Source: an uncultured archaeon
GTDB lineage: Archaea > Asgardarchaeota > Lokiarchaeia > Sigyniarchaeales > SOKP01
Direction: 5' to 3'
DNA length: 64,000 bases
Assembly (NCBI GenBank): GCA_964486045.1
Contig: CAZALK010000001.1
Coordinates: 920,837 to 984,836 of the forward strand
In this document: positions 31,448 through 42,199 of the stretch, in pieces
Position numbering within the stretch: position 1 is the stretch's first letter
Layout: the number at the start of each line of letters is the position of its first letter
The notes under the pieces: generated by a model
Database searches by the model: none
Seen by the model: only the letters and a program-made list of their open reading frames with translations
Told to the model about the DNA's origin: nothing
Program-made: the position numbers and the translations under genes

Positions 31448-33157
31448 TTGGGTGAAAATGAGAATTTAACATATGCAGATAAACCTTGGCTCAAATCTTA
31501 CTTTGTTGGACCTTTTAAACTTAAACACACTATGGAACCGTATCCAAAAATAAATGTTTACAACTTTCTTGAAAAAAGTGCAACTGACTTCCCTGACAAT
31601 ATTGCTTGTATCTATGTTGATGAGGAAATTACATATTCAGAGTTGAAATTAAAAGTAGATAAACTAGCTAGCGCTTTTGTAGATTTTGGGTTAAAAAAAG
31701 GAGATACAATTGCTTCAGTACTTCCATCTTGCCCAGAATTTATAATTGTCGATTTTGCTACACTGAAAATAGGAGCAATTCATGTTCCACTAAGCATTTT
31801 GCATAAAAAAGACGATCTTATTCATGAAATCAAAGAAAGCAATGCTAGAACAGTTGTATGTTCATATAGACGTCTGGAACGTGTTAACGAAGTGAAGAGG
31901 GAAGTTGAGCTTAATACGATCATTTACACTCCAACGAGAATATTTCCCGACTATGAAATGCCTGAGTTGGAAGAAATCTCAGTAGATGGAACTTATCTCT
32001 TAGGAGATTTAATAGAAAAATATAATCCGCATTCGGAAACAGTGGAAATAGACCCCATGGAAGATATAGCACTATTGCCTTTTACAGGAGGCACAACTGG
32101 ACTTCCAAAGGGAACGATGTTAACTCATTATAATATTACTACTAATATAATTCAATTTTTACATTGGATGTTGGATCCTTTAAAATCCGGAATTATTGGA
32201 AAAGCCTCATTTTTAATTTGTGTTCCAATATTCCATGCTTATGGACATTTTGGAGTCTACGCGGGAATTTCCTGGGGTCTCAAGATCCTTTTGATGGATC
32301 CAAGAGATATGATACGAATCGCAGACACGATAAATAAATATCGTCCTTTCTTGGTCGCTGCGGTACCAGCCCACTATACAAGATTTCTTAAATTAAATAT
32401 TCCTAAAGCTCCAATATTTTACCTTTCAGGTGCAGCACCAATGCCTACAGAACTCGCTGAAGAATTTGAGAAGAAGAGTGGTGTTCCTTTAGGTGAGGGT
32501 TATGGTGCTACAGAAACTACTGCTGGATCAACAGTCAATCTTTCACCTTTATCAAAAGTAACAGGATTTATGTCAAAAATAAAAAGGGGTATTGGTATAC
32601 CTCTTCCCGATACAGAAGTGAAAATTGTTGATCCAGAGACTGGTCTAGAATGTCCTTTTGGTGAATCTGGTGAAATATGGATCCGTGGACCTCAAGTTAT
32701 GAAAGGTTACTGGCCTACACCAGGTAAAGGTTTAACTGAAGATGGATGGCTCCAGATGGGTGATATTGGTAAAATGGACGAGGATGGCTATTTTTTCATT
32801 GTAGATCGTATAAAAGATATGATAAATGTTTCCGGGAATAAAGTTTACTCTCGATTGATTGATGATATCTTACATGAGCATCCAGCAATTAAAAATGCAG
32901 GTGTAATTGGAATCCCAGATCCTGAGCGCCCAGGTAGTGAAAGAGTAAAGGCATTTGTATCATTAAAGCAGGAATATGAGGGTAAGGTTACTGAGCAGGA
33001 AATAATTGAATATTTAAAAGATAAAGTCAAGCCATATGCGGTACCTAAATATGTCGAATTTAGGAAAGATCTCCCTTTGACGATGATTATGAAACTTTTT
33101 AAGAGGAAGCTCAGAGAAGAAGAAATAGCAAAAATGAAAGAAAGGGGAGAAATTTAA
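31448..33157 (+). CDS. AMP-forming long-chain acyl-CoA synthetase (FadD-like)
   Basis: FTGGTTGLPKG, GYGATET, RGPQVMKGYW, GDIG, IVDRIKDMINVSG; TTG start after SD GAGGTGA. Confidence 0.9.
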   Translation: MGENENLTYADKPWLKSYFVGPFKLKHTMEPYPKINVYNFLEKSATDFPDNIACIYVDEEITYSELKLKVDKLASAFVDFGLKKGDTIASVLPSCPEFIIVDFATLKIGAIHVPLSILHKKDDLIHEIKESNARTVVCSYRRLERVNEVKREVELNTIIYTPTRIFPDYEMPELEEISVDGTYLLGDLIEKYNPHSETVEIDPMEDIALLPFTGGTTGLPKGTMLTHYNITTNIIQFLHWMLDPLKSGIIGKASFLICVPIFHAYGHFGVYAGISWGLKILLMDPRDMIRIADTINKYRPFLVAAVPAHYTRFLKLNIPKAPIFYLSGAAPMPTELAEEFEKKSGVPLGEGYGATETTAGSTVNLSPLSKVTGFMSKIKRGIGIPLPDTEVKIVDPETGLECPFGESGEIWIRGPQVMKGYWPTPGKGLTEDGWLQMGDIGKMDEDGYFFIVDRIKDMINVSGNKVYSRLIDDILHEHPAIKNAGVIGIPDPERPGSERVKAFVSLKQEYEGKVTEQEIIEYLKDKVKPYAVPKYVEFRKDLPLTMIMKLFKRKLREEEIAKMKERGEI

Positions 33158-33348
33158 TAATTTTCTATTTATCTATTTATCACCACCTTTATTAGAATGG
33201 GATAATAAAGGAAAGAATCATAATATGAGTTTATTAAATCTTTTTATTTGAATGAAAAGAATATTAATAAAACTCTTTATTAAATAAAATATACAAATAA
33301 ATAACTTACCTAAAAGTTAGCGAAATAAACTTATTCTAAGTGATAATA

Positions 33349-33771
33349 ATGAAGTTTGGATCTCCAGAATGGGCAAAGGCATATTGTAAAGCTATAAATG
33401 ATAATGAAAATTATAGCGAAGCTGCTGGACCTATCGGGTTTCCACCTGATGGGTGGGAAGGTAACTTTCTCTTTATTATTGAGCCTGAGGGAAATTTAGA
33501 TCATGAGATTAGGATGTTTGTAGGGTTATATCATGGTGAATGCACAGGAGCAAGAATATTAGAGCAGGGAGAAGAATCAGACGCAGAATTTATATATTCA
33601 GGACCCTATGATGCTTGGGTGCAAATCTTAAAAAAGGAGTTAGATCCTATACGTGCTTTACTCGCTGGCAAGTTCAAGCTCCAAGGGGACATGGCTAAAG
33701 TATTAAAAGCCGTAAGAGCAGCACAGGAACTTGTCAATTCTAGCACGATGATTGATACAGAATTTTATTAA
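33349..33771 (+). CDS. SCP2 sterol/lipid-binding domain protein
   Basis: FGSPEWAKAY, SGPYDAWVQIL..LDPIRALLAGKFKLQGDM. Confidence 0.85.
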   Translation: MKFGSPEWAKAYCKAINDNENYSEAAGPIGFPPDGWEGNFLFIIEPEGNLDHEIRMFVGLYHGECTGARILEQGEESDAEFIYSGPYDAWVQILKKELDPIRALLAGKFKLQGDMAKVLKAVRAAQELVNSSTMIDTEFY

Positions 33772-33837
33772 AATAAATTAACTTTATTTACTTTTTTTTC
33801 CTTTTTATTGTATCCAACCTATTTTTTAATATCTCAA

Positions 33838-34647
33838 ATGCCCTTTCATAATAAGAACATTACTGAATTAATAAACAAGCAAGCCTACTTTTTTGATTTA
33901 GATGGAACAATTTATTTAGGTAATAAATTGTTTAAAGGTGTACATGAATTAGTCAAACTATTGAAAGAAAAAAACAAATCATTTTACTTTCTTTCAAATA
34001 ATTCAAGTATTTCAACAACAGATTATCTCAAAAAATTAAATAAATTTAATCTTCAAATAACTCGAGATAATCTTATATTATCCCAACATCCAACTATAGA
34101 TTATCTAAAAAAAAATGGATTTTCTAAGGTATTTTTGATGGGGACAACATCGCTTAAAGAAGAATTCTTAAAAGAAGGATTTGTATTAACTGAGGATAAT
34201 CCTGAAATTGTGGTTCTTGCTTTTGATAAAGAATTGACGTATGAACGACTTTCTAAAGCAACGCATTTTCTTTTAAAGAAGGATTTTCCTTACATAGCAA
34301 CTCATCTGGATAACAGGTGCCCTACTGAAGACGGGTATATTCCAGATGCGGGAGGGATTGCTGCCTTATTGTTTAAAGCTACAGAAAAGATGCCTAAAGT
34401 TTTAGGCAAACCTAATAAAGAGATGCTTTTATTCAAGTTAGATCAATTTGGATTTTCACCCAAAGATGCTGTGATGTTTGGTGATCGCCTTTATACAGAT
34501 ATGAAAATGGGAAAAAATGCTGGTGTTGTTACATGTTGCGTTTTATCTGGGGAAACCACTTTAGAAATGATAAATAATAGCGATAACAAACCAGATTACA
34601 TATTAAATGGAATTTGGGAACTTATGAACGAATTTAATAAAGGTTAA
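33838..34647 (+). CDS. HAD-superfamily class IIA hydrolase (NagD-like)
   Basis: FDLDGTIY, LSNNS, PDAG, GKP, GDRLYTD, LSGET. Confidence 0.9.
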   Translation: MPFHNKNITELINKQAYFFDLDGTIYLGNKLFKGVHELVKLLKEKNKSFYFLSNNSSISTTDYLKKLNKFNLQITRDNLILSQHPTIDYLKKNGFSKVFLMGTTSLKEEFLKEGFVLTEDNPEIVVLAFDKELTYERLSKATHFLLKKDFPYIATHLDNRCPTEDGYIPDAGGIAALLFKATEKMPKVLGKPNKEMLLFKLDQFGFSPKDAVMFGDRLYTDMKMGKNAGVVTCCVLSGETTLEMINNSDNKPDYILNGIWELMNEFNKG

Positions 34648-34814
34648 TTGAAGCATAACGTTTATGGTCTAAAGTTTTGAAATTTTTCTTCTTTATTGTA
34701 AACTATTAAACTTAGAAATACTTTCTTTGATATTGAAGTAAAATATAAAAATATAAACCATTGTTTTTAATGTAAATATGTCTTGATGATTATTGAGATT
34801 ATGGTGAAAAAAAG

Positions 34815-37508
34815 TTGACAAGTATAGAAAATACCAAATTCATCTATGATTTTCATGAAGGAAATAAGGATTTAAAGAGTTTACTTGGGGGTAAGGGAGC
34901 AAATCTAGCAGAAATGACAAAGCTTGGTTTAAATATTCCACCCGGATTTACTATAACAACTGAGGCTTGTTTACTATATTTTCGAGATCCAGAAGAGGTT
35001 ATGGAAAAAATTAGGCCAAATGTAATGAATCACTTAAAGGACTTGGAGATAAAGACAGGAAAGAAATTTGGTGATATTCATAATCCATTATTGGTTAGCG
35101 TTCGTTCTGGATCTGTAGTTTCTATGCCAGGGATGATGGATACAGTTTTAAATTTAGGACTGAATGATGAAAGTGTAGTGGGATTAGCAAATCAAACTAA
35201 TAATGAGCGTTTTGCCTATGACTCATGGAGGCGATTTCTTCAGATGTTTTCAGATGTAGTCATGGATATTGGAGGTGAAAAGTTTGAGAGAATTTTAACT
35301 AAATATAAGAGAAAGATCGGTAGAAATGCCCAAGATACGGATCTGGGTATTAATGAATTGAGAAAAATAATTGCGGACTATAAAGCTCTATATGAAAAAG
35401 AGGTTGGTTCACCATTCCCTCTAGATCCTGTTAAACAACTGTTTCTTTCTATTGAAGCCGTATTTAAATCTTGGAATAATAGACGAGCTATTACCTACAG
35501 AAAAATCAGCAACATTCCAGACTTTGGGACAGCAGTTAATATTCAAGCAATGGTATTTGGTAATAAAGGTGATCATTCCGCAACTGGTGTAACTTTTACC
35601 AGAGATCCGTCAAACGGGCAAAATCAAAACTTTGGTGAATATTTAACCAATGCACAAGGTGAAGATGTTGTTGCGGGTATTAGAACTCCAAAAAAACTTG
35701 AAACCATGAAAGAAGAGTTTCCAAAGATATATTCTGAATTATTAGAAACAATGGATAGATTAGAAAAGCATTACAGAGATATGCAAGATATTGAATTTAC
35801 AATTGAAGATAGAAAATTATATATTTTACAAACACGAAATGGAAAGCGAACTCCTTCTGCTGCTGTAAAGATCGCTGTTGATATGGTTAAAGAAGGATTA
35901 ATTACAAAAGAAGAAGCAATTATGAGTTTAGATCCCAAAAAAATTTCAAAATTATTATTTAAAAGTATAGATGAGAATGCTATAATACACGTTCTCGCTC
36001 ATGGGATAAGTGCTTCCCCAGGAGCAGTTTCAGGAATTGCAATTTTTGATCCTGATACGGCGGAAAATTTGGCAAACGAGGGTGAGAAAGAGATTATACT
36101 TGTTCGACCACAAACCAAACCCGACGATATTCATGGGTTATATGCATCTAGTGGAGTGTTAACTCAATTTGGAGGAAAAACTTCTCATGCAGCAGTTGTA
36201 GCGAGAGGGATGGGTAAACCCGCTGTTGTTGGAGCTGCAGATATAGATATAGATGAAGAAAATAAAGAATTTCGAGTTGCAGATGTGATTGTTCGAGAGG
36301 GGGATTATATAACTATTGATGGAACAAACGGGCAAATAATCGAAGGAAAAGTCCCATTAGTTGAGCCTGAAATTAAAGGAGAATTTCTTGAATTACTACA
36401 AATAGCAGATGAATTAAAATCTCTTGGTGTTAGAGCTAATGCTGATACACCCCTAGATGCTCAAAAGGCTTTAGAATTTGGAGCTGAAGGAATAGGACTT
36501 TGTAGGACTGAACATATGTTCATGGAAAAAGAGAGATTACCAATTGTGCAGAATATGATAATGGCGAGAACAAAAGAAACCAGACAAGAGGCTCTTGACA
36601 AGATATTACCAATGCAAAAAGGAGATTTCTATGAAATTTTTAAAATCATGGAAGGTAAACCAGTAACAATAAGGTTATTGGATCCACCCTTGCATGAATT
36701 TCTCCCAGAATTATCAATAGTTCAATTAGAACGTCAAGAACTCAAAATGACAAACGCGTTGTCAAAATCACTTCTAAATATTAGCCCATTAGATGATGAA
36801 ATTAAGAAAAAAAATAAGGTTATCAGCCTAATCAGGTCTCTCTCTGAAGAAAATCCCATGATGGGTTTAAGAGGTTGCAGATTAGGAATTGTATGGCCTG
36901 AGATCAATGAGATGCAAGTTAAAGCAATTTTTCAAGCCGCTTGTGAACTAAAGCTACAAGGAATCAATGTTATTCCTGAAGTTATGATTCCGCTTGTAGG
37001 AATGATCTCAGAATTGCAATATGTGAAAGTACAATTAATGCAAGTTGCTCTGGAAACAATTAAAGAATATAATGTAGAACTTGAGTATAAATTTGGAACA
37101 ATGATAGAGATCCCCAGAGCTGCTCTAACCGCTGATAAAATCGCAATTGAAGCTGAATTTTTTTCATTTGGAACAAATGATCTAACCCAAATGACTTACG
37201 GTTTTTCCCGAGATGATGCCGAAGGAAAATTTATTCCCATATACTTGAATAAAGAGATATTGGAGCATAATCCATTTGAGATTCTTGATCAGGAGGGAGT
37301 AGGGCAACTTATGAAAATGGCGATCGAACTTGGTAAAAGGACTAGACCTGATTTGAAGACAGGTATATGTGGAGAACATGGTGGAGAGCCAAGTTCAATT
37401 AAGTTTTCGCATTCTATTGGGTTAGATTATGTTTCTTGTTCTCCTTTCAGAATACCAGTAGCTAAAATTGCAGCAGCTCAAGCAGCAATTGAAAGCAAGC
37501 AAGACTAG
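34815..37508 (+). CDS. ppdK: Pyruvate phosphate dikinase
   Basis: GGKGANLAEM, SVRSG..SMPGMMDTVLN, GEDVVAG, GGKTSHAAVVARG (phospho-His), GLCRTEHMF, FSFGTNDLTQ, GICGEHGG; TTG start after SD GGTGA. Confidence 0.96.
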   Translation: MTSIENTKFIYDFHEGNKDLKSLLGGKGANLAEMTKLGLNIPPGFTITTEACLLYFRDPEEVMEKIRPNVMNHLKDLEIKTGKKFGDIHNPLLVSVRSGSVVSMPGMMDTVLNLGLNDESVVGLANQTNNERFAYDSWRRFLQMFSDVVMDIGGEKFERILTKYKRKIGRNAQDTDLGINELRKIIADYKALYEKEVGSPFPLDPVKQLFLSIEAVFKSWNNRRAITYRKISNIPDFGTAVNIQAMVFGNKGDHSATGVTFTRDPSNGQNQNFGEYLTNAQGEDVVAGIRTPKKLETMKEEFPKIYSELLETMDRLEKHYRDMQDIEFTIEDRKLYILQTRNGKRTPSAAVKIAVDMVKEGLITKEEAIMSLDPKKISKLLFKSIDENAIIHVLAHGISASPGAVSGIAIFDPDTAENLANEGEKEIILVRPQTKPDDIHGLYASSGVLTQFGGKTSHAAVVARGMGKPAVVGAADIDIDEENKEFRVADVIVREGDYITIDGTNGQIIEGKVPLVEPEIKGEFLELLQIADELKSLGVRANADTPLDAQKALEFGAEGIGLCRTEHMFMEKERLPIVQNMIMARTKETRQEALDKILPMQKGDFYEIFKIMEGKPVTIRLLDPPLHEFLPELSIVQLERQELKMTNALSKSLLNISPLDDEIKKKNKVISLIRSLSEENPMMGLRGCRLGIVWPEINEMQVKAIFQAACELKLQGINVIPEVMIPLVGMISELQYVKVQLMQVALETIKEYNVELEYKFGTMIEIPRAALTADKIAIEAEFFSFGTNDLTQMTYGFSRDDAEGKFIPIYLNKEILEHNPFEILDQEGVGQLMKMAIELGKRTRPDLKTGICGEHGGEPSSIKFSHSIGLDYVSCSPFRIPVAKIAAAQAAIESKQD

Positions 37509-37640
37509 TTTCTTATTTATTGTAACTTTTTTGGATAAAGTTTATCAAAATTATATAAACACGTAATAGATGGCAAAATCCGAAAAAGTTTTATCAATCT
37601 TTTTATTCACAACATTATAAAGTAGTGTGGTAGTGACATA

Positions 37641-38747
37641 ATGTCCAAAACAATAGAGGAAAAAATTTCTTTATTAAAGGAAGTTGGAGAGGAAATCATC
37701 GATTTAGATGAATTAAGAGAGATGATTAAATGGAAGACTAAAAATAATGAAAGAATTTACGCTTATGATGGGTTTGAGCCTTCTGGAAATATTCACATTG
37801 CTCAAGGCCTGCTAAGGGCAATAAATGTAAATAAAATAACAAAAACTGGAATTCATTTTAAATTTCTTGTAGCAGATTGGCATGCCGCTGCAAACAAAAA
37901 ATTTGGAGGAAATTTGGATATAATAAAAAAAGTAGGCGATTTTTTTATTGAATTATGGAAGGTTTGTGGAATGGATTTAGACAAAGTAGAATTCATTTAT
38001 GCATCTGATATCGTAAAAGATCCAAAATATTGGGAGTTAGTTCTAAAGATTGGTATTGACACAACTCTAAAACGGGTGAAAAGATGTACTCAAATAATGG
38101 GTAGAAGTGAATCAGATAAACTTTATGCATCACAGATTCTCTATCCTCTTATGCAAACAGCTGATATATTTTATCTTCCAGCTGATATCTGCCAATTAGG
38201 TTTAGATCAAAGAAAAGTAAATATGCTTGCGAGAGAAGTAGCAAAAAAGTTGGGTCGGCCAAAACCAGTAGCTATTCACCATCATATGTTGATGGGTTTA
38301 AATAAACCACCAAAAACTGATTTAACTGGGATTGATAAAGCCATTGAATTTAAAATGTCTAAATCTGATCCAAATAATGCTATTTTTATGTTAGATACAC
38401 CCCTTGATGTAAAGCGTAAAATTAGTAAAGCTTTTTGTCCACCTAAACAAGTAACTGAAAATCCTGTATTAGAATATTGCAAATTTATTATTTTTGAGCT
38501 TACTGATTATTTTATAATTGAGCGACCAGAGAAGTATGGTGGAAGTATAAAATACACCTCTTTTGAGGAGTTAGAAAAGGACTACGAAGTAGGAGAGCTG
38601 AATCCACCCGATTTAAAACCTGCTGTTATAAAATATCTAAATCAGTTTTTAGCACCTGTTATTGATCATTTTGAAACAGACGAAAACGCAAAAAAATTAC
38701 ATGATTTTGTTAAAGCTGAATATAAGAAGTATAAGAGTAAGGTCTAA
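37641..38747 (+). CDS. tyrS: Tyrosine--tRNA ligase
   Basis: YDGFEPSGNIHIAQG (HIGH-like), YPLMQTAD, GLDQRKVNMLARE, KMSKS, KAFCP. Confidence 0.93.
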   Translation: MSKTIEEKISLLKEVGEEIIDLDELREMIKWKTKNNERIYAYDGFEPSGNIHIAQGLLRAINVNKITKTGIHFKFLVADWHAAANKKFGGNLDIIKKVGDFFIELWKVCGMDLDKVEFIYASDIVKDPKYWELVLKIGIDTTLKRVKRCTQIMGRSESDKLYASQILYPLMQTADIFYLPADICQLGLDQRKVNMLAREVAKKLGRPKPVAIHHHMLMGLNKPPKTDLTGIDKAIEFKMSKSDPNNAIFMLDTPLDVKRKISKAFCPPKQVTENPVLEYCKFIIFELTDYFIIERPEKYGGSIKYTSFEELEKDYEVGELNPPDLKPAVIKYLNQFLAPVIDHFETDENAKKLHDFVKAEYKKYKSKV

Positions 38748-38768
38748 TAAGTAAAGGAAGTAATAAAT

Positions 38769-40247
38769 ATGCCGGATAGTAATGTTATTGACCTGTTTTT
38801 TAATCCAAAATCAGTAGCCGTAATAGGGGCATCAAAAAATCCAATGAAAGGTGGCCACAGAATCATTCAAAATCTCGTAAGAAATAATTATAAAGGGGGG
38901 ATTTATCCTGTAAATCCTAATTCAGATGGTGAAATACTAGGTTTAGATTTTAAGAAATCAGTACGAGAAATTGAAAATCATGTTGATCTTGCAATTTTTT
39001 ATGTACCAAATCGTCTCATTCCGGACCTACTAGTAGAATGCATAGAGATGGGAATCCCAGGTGCAATAATCGAAGCATCGGGATTTGAAGAAGTAGGGAA
39101 AATAGGTCTTGAATTGAGGGATCAAATACTTAACATTACAGATAACTTTTCTAAGATTAGAATTCTCGGTCCGAATTGTATGGGAATTACTAGAATTGAT
39201 GGAGATAGCGATAATAAAACTAATGATAAAGGGGGATTTTTTTCCAGCTTCGGTTTTATTTCTAAATATAAAAGAGGAAATATTGCGATAATTAGTCAAT
39301 CTGGTATGTTAAACGGAGGATATCTTCCACACTTAATGGATCAGTATCCAGAGATGGGAATTAGGTATTCTTGCTCCATAGGTAATAAAATGGATTTAAA
39401 TGAGACTGAATTTTTAGAATATTTACTAGACGATCAAACTGTTAATGTTATTGCTATCTATCTTGAATCCTTTAAAAGTCCCCGGAAATTTATTGAGTTA
39501 TGTAAGAGAGCAAAGAAAATCCCCGATAAAACGATCATCTTAGTTAAGGGGGGTAAAACTGAACAAGGTCAAAAAGCTTCATTGAGTCATACAGGGAATC
39601 TTGCAGAAAACTATCAACTAATAAAAGCTATAATTAGTCAGTCTGGAGTAATTCAAGCAAATAGTTTCTATGAGTTATTCCAATTTGCAAGAACCTTCTC
39701 AATGATGTACAAATCTGGGAAGAAATTACCTATATATGGTAATGTATCCATGGTAACGGGATCTGGTGGTGCGGGGACAATTACTGCAGATATTACAAAG
39801 AAATATAGTTTGAATTTTCCATCATTTGGTGATGAGTCTTATAAAGCTCTTGAGGACATATTTCCTGAATGGATGCCACCGAACCGTTTCACACTTGTAG
39901 ATATTTGGCCAGCAATAGAAAAAGCTATGACTAATAAGCTAAATCCAGGAACTGTAATGCAAAAAGTTTACAAAATATTATCAAATGAGCCAGAAGTCGA
40001 AGGTATTTTTGATATGGAGTTTTGTTTTAGTGGGAACAGAGATCGGTATGAAAATATGGTAAAAAACTTTGAAAAAATTTCTAAACCAATATTTTTCTGG
40101 CTTGTTGGGCAAGCAGAGGAAATTCGTAGAGTATCTCAACTTCTAGCTAAAAACAATATACCTAATTTTCCCAGTTTAGAAGATATGATAAAAAATTTCG
40201 CAATATTAGTTCAAGAATCAAAGAATAAAAAAAATGATTTAAATTAA
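38769..40247 (+). CDS. ADP-forming acyl-CoA synthetase alpha-subunit-like CoA-binding protein
   Basis: FFNPKSVAVIGAS, YPVNP, GPNCMG, ISQSG, SIGNKMD, SHTG (phospho-His), GSGGAG; no ATP-grasp domain. Confidence 0.85.
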   Translation: MPDSNVIDLFFNPKSVAVIGASKNPMKGGHRIIQNLVRNNYKGGIYPVNPNSDGEILGLDFKKSVREIENHVDLAIFYVPNRLIPDLLVECIEMGIPGAIIEASGFEEVGKIGLELRDQILNITDNFSKIRILGPNCMGITRIDGDSDNKTNDKGGFFSSFGFISKYKRGNIAIISQSGMLNGGYLPHLMDQYPEMGIRYSCSIGNKMDLNETEFLEYLLDDQTVNVIAIYLESFKSPRKFIELCKRAKKIPDKTIILVKGGKTEQGQKASLSHTGNLAENYQLIKAIISQSGVIQANSFYELFQFARTFSMMYKSGKKLPIYGNVSMVTGSGGAGTITADITKKYSLNFPSFGDESYKALEDIFPEWMPPNRFTLVDIWPAIEKAMTNKLNPGTVMQKVYKILSNEPEVEGIFDMEFCFSGNRDRYENMVKNFEKISKPIFFWLVGQAEEIRRVSQLLAKNNIPNFPSLEDMIKNFAILVQESKNKKNDLN

Positions 40248-40254
40248 AAACCTT

Positions 40255-40884
40255 ATGACAAGAATCTTATGCATTGGGGATTCACATATACCGAATAGAG
40301 CTAAAGAACTTCCTGAGAAAGTTTACAATAAGTTAAATGATCTCACTAAAAAAGATCTCTTTGATTATACGCTGTTTACAGGTGATATCATTAAATTTCC
40401 AAAACTTCTTGAGTATTTAGGCTTAAGAACAAAAAAAGAAATGTTAATAGTTCTGGGAAATATGGATTATTACTATGGAAATCGGGATACCCCTATTTAT
40501 CAACAAATGGTTATAGATTTTGATGATCATAGCAGTATGGTTATTGGTTTAACCCATGGAGCCCAGATAAGTCCACGGGGGGATCATACAGAATTAAAGA
40601 ATCTTGCCATTAAGAAAAAATATAATATCTTAATTTCTGGTCACACTCATAAGGAAGAGATATTTCTCACAGATAATCATATTTTATTAATAAATCCGGG
40701 AAGTGTTACGGGTGCTTGGTCATTTGTAGCAAGTGGTCGACCTTCTTTCATCGAATTAACAGTTCATAAATCAAATAAAGAAATTAAACTAAACCATATT
40801 CAAATTAACAAACAAACCAGAGAAATTACCGAGTTTAGGTCTAATTTTCTATTTCGAAATAATCAGATTGTGGAAAAATTTTAA
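40255..40884 (+). CDS. Metallophosphoesterase of the YfcE/MJ0936/Vps29 family (Vps29-like)
   Basis: GDSHIPNRA, GNMD, THGAQISPRGD, ILISGHTH, INPGSVTGA, PSF. Confidence 0.85.
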   Translation: MTRILCIGDSHIPNRAKELPEKVYNKLNDLTKKDLFDYTLFTGDIIKFPKLLEYLGLRTKKEMLIVLGNMDYYYGNRDTPIYQQMVIDFDDHSSMVIGLTHGAQISPRGDHTELKNLAIKKKYNILISGHTHKEEIFLTDNHILLINPGSVTGAWSFVASGRPSFIELTVHKSNKEIKLNHIQINKQTREITEFRSNFLFRNNQIVEKF

Positions 40885-40959
40885 AACTTCATTAGCTCTT
40901 TCATACATATCTTCATTCAATATTTTAGGGATTTTTAGAAGAGTTAAAAGGATTTTGAC

Positions 40960-40973
40960 TTTTTTTTTTTTTT
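40960..40973 (+). terminator. Oligo(T) archaeal terminator
   Basis: T14 run downstream of the tyrS-ACD-Vps29-like run of genes. Confidence 0.45.
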
Positions 40974-41059
40974 AAGTTCTCCACCCAATGCATTTCAGGG
41001 TTACAAAAAAATATTTATTTAAGTAATATATTTATTTAAGCAAATCTTGTGATAAGTTT

Positions 41060-42184
41060 ATGTCTCCCATTCATTTTTCAAAGAGCGGTTCTCGTCTCTC
41101 TCTTTTCACACCTGGGCCAGTACAAGTTCCAGATAGACTTTTAAAAGAAATGGCGAAACCAAATGACACACATAGATCTAAACCTTATGAAGAAATGCAC
41201 CAAAAAGTTGTAGAAGGGCTTCAAAAATTATTATATACTAAAAACGACTGTCTAATCTTCACTTCAAGTGCTTCTGGTATCTTAGAAGCATGTGTAAGAA
41301 ATCTAGTTAAAAATGATGAAAAAGGATTAGTTTTATCAATAGGAGCATTTGGTGATCGGTGGCATCAAATTGGTCTTGCTAATGGCAAAAATATAGTTAA
41401 AGAAAATATTGAATGGGGAAAAGCCTTAACTCCTGATTTTATACAAAATGCTTTATCTAAAGATACTTATAGTGCCGTTTTTCTTCAATCAAATGAAACT
41501 TCTACAGGGGTGTATAACCCACTTGATGAAATTATACCAATTATTAAAGATAATGGAGTCATAGTATGCGTTGATGCTACATCTTCAATGGCAGGAATAA
41601 AAATTGAAGTCGATAAACTTGAAATTGATGTTTGTCTGGGATCTACTCAAAAATGTTTTGCTTTACCTCCAGGATTGGCAGTCTGTTCAATTTCAGAGAA
41701 CGCAATAGAAAAATCATCAAATGTAAAAGATCGTGGATACTATCTGGATTTCCTAACCCTTAGTAAAAAGAATAAAGTATACCAAACCCCTGCAACACCT
41801 CCGATCCCCCAGATAAGAGGATTAGCGGCTCAATTAGATTATATATTAAACACAGAAGGTATACTAAATAGGTTTCAAAGACATGAACAATTAGGAGAAA
41901 AGACAAGGACTTGGGCTAAAGATCTGGGATTGAGTATGTTTTCTGAAGAAGGATATGAATCTAATACCGTTTCCACGATAAGAAATAGCTTCAATCTTGA
42001 GATAGGAGAGCTTATTATAAAAATGCTAGAAAACGGGTACCGTCTTGTGAATGGGTATGGTGATCTTAGAAATTTGACATTTCGAATTGGTCATATGGGT
42101 GAAGTGACATTAAAAGAATTAGAAGAAATGTTAAAAGTTCTAACTATTGTTTTTTCAGAAATGAAGAAAGCCAAAAATTCTTGA
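41060..42184 (+). CDS. Class V PLP aminotransferase (alanine-glyoxylate/serine-pyruvate type)
   Basis: LFTPGPV, HRS, GAFGDRW, NETSTGV, VDATSS, STQKCFALPPG, TPATP, FRIGHMG. Confidence 0.9.
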   Translation: MSPIHFSKSGSRLSLFTPGPVQVPDRLLKEMAKPNDTHRSKPYEEMHQKVVEGLQKLLYTKNDCLIFTSSASGILEACVRNLVKNDEKGLVLSIGAFGDRWHQIGLANGKNIVKENIEWGKALTPDFIQNALSKDTYSAVFLQSNETSTGVYNPLDEIIPIIKDNGVIVCVDATSSMAGIKIEVDKLEIDVCLGSTQKCFALPPGLAVCSISENAIEKSSNVKDRGYYLDFLTLSKKNKVYQTPATPPIPQIRGLAAQLDYILNTEGILNRFQRHEQLGEKTRTWAKDLGLSMFSEEGYESNTVSTIRNSFNLEIGELIIKMLENGYRLVNGYGDLRNLTFRIGHMGEVTLKELEEMLKVLTIVFSEMKKAKNS

Positions 42185-42199
42185 AGTATAGCAGAATTT

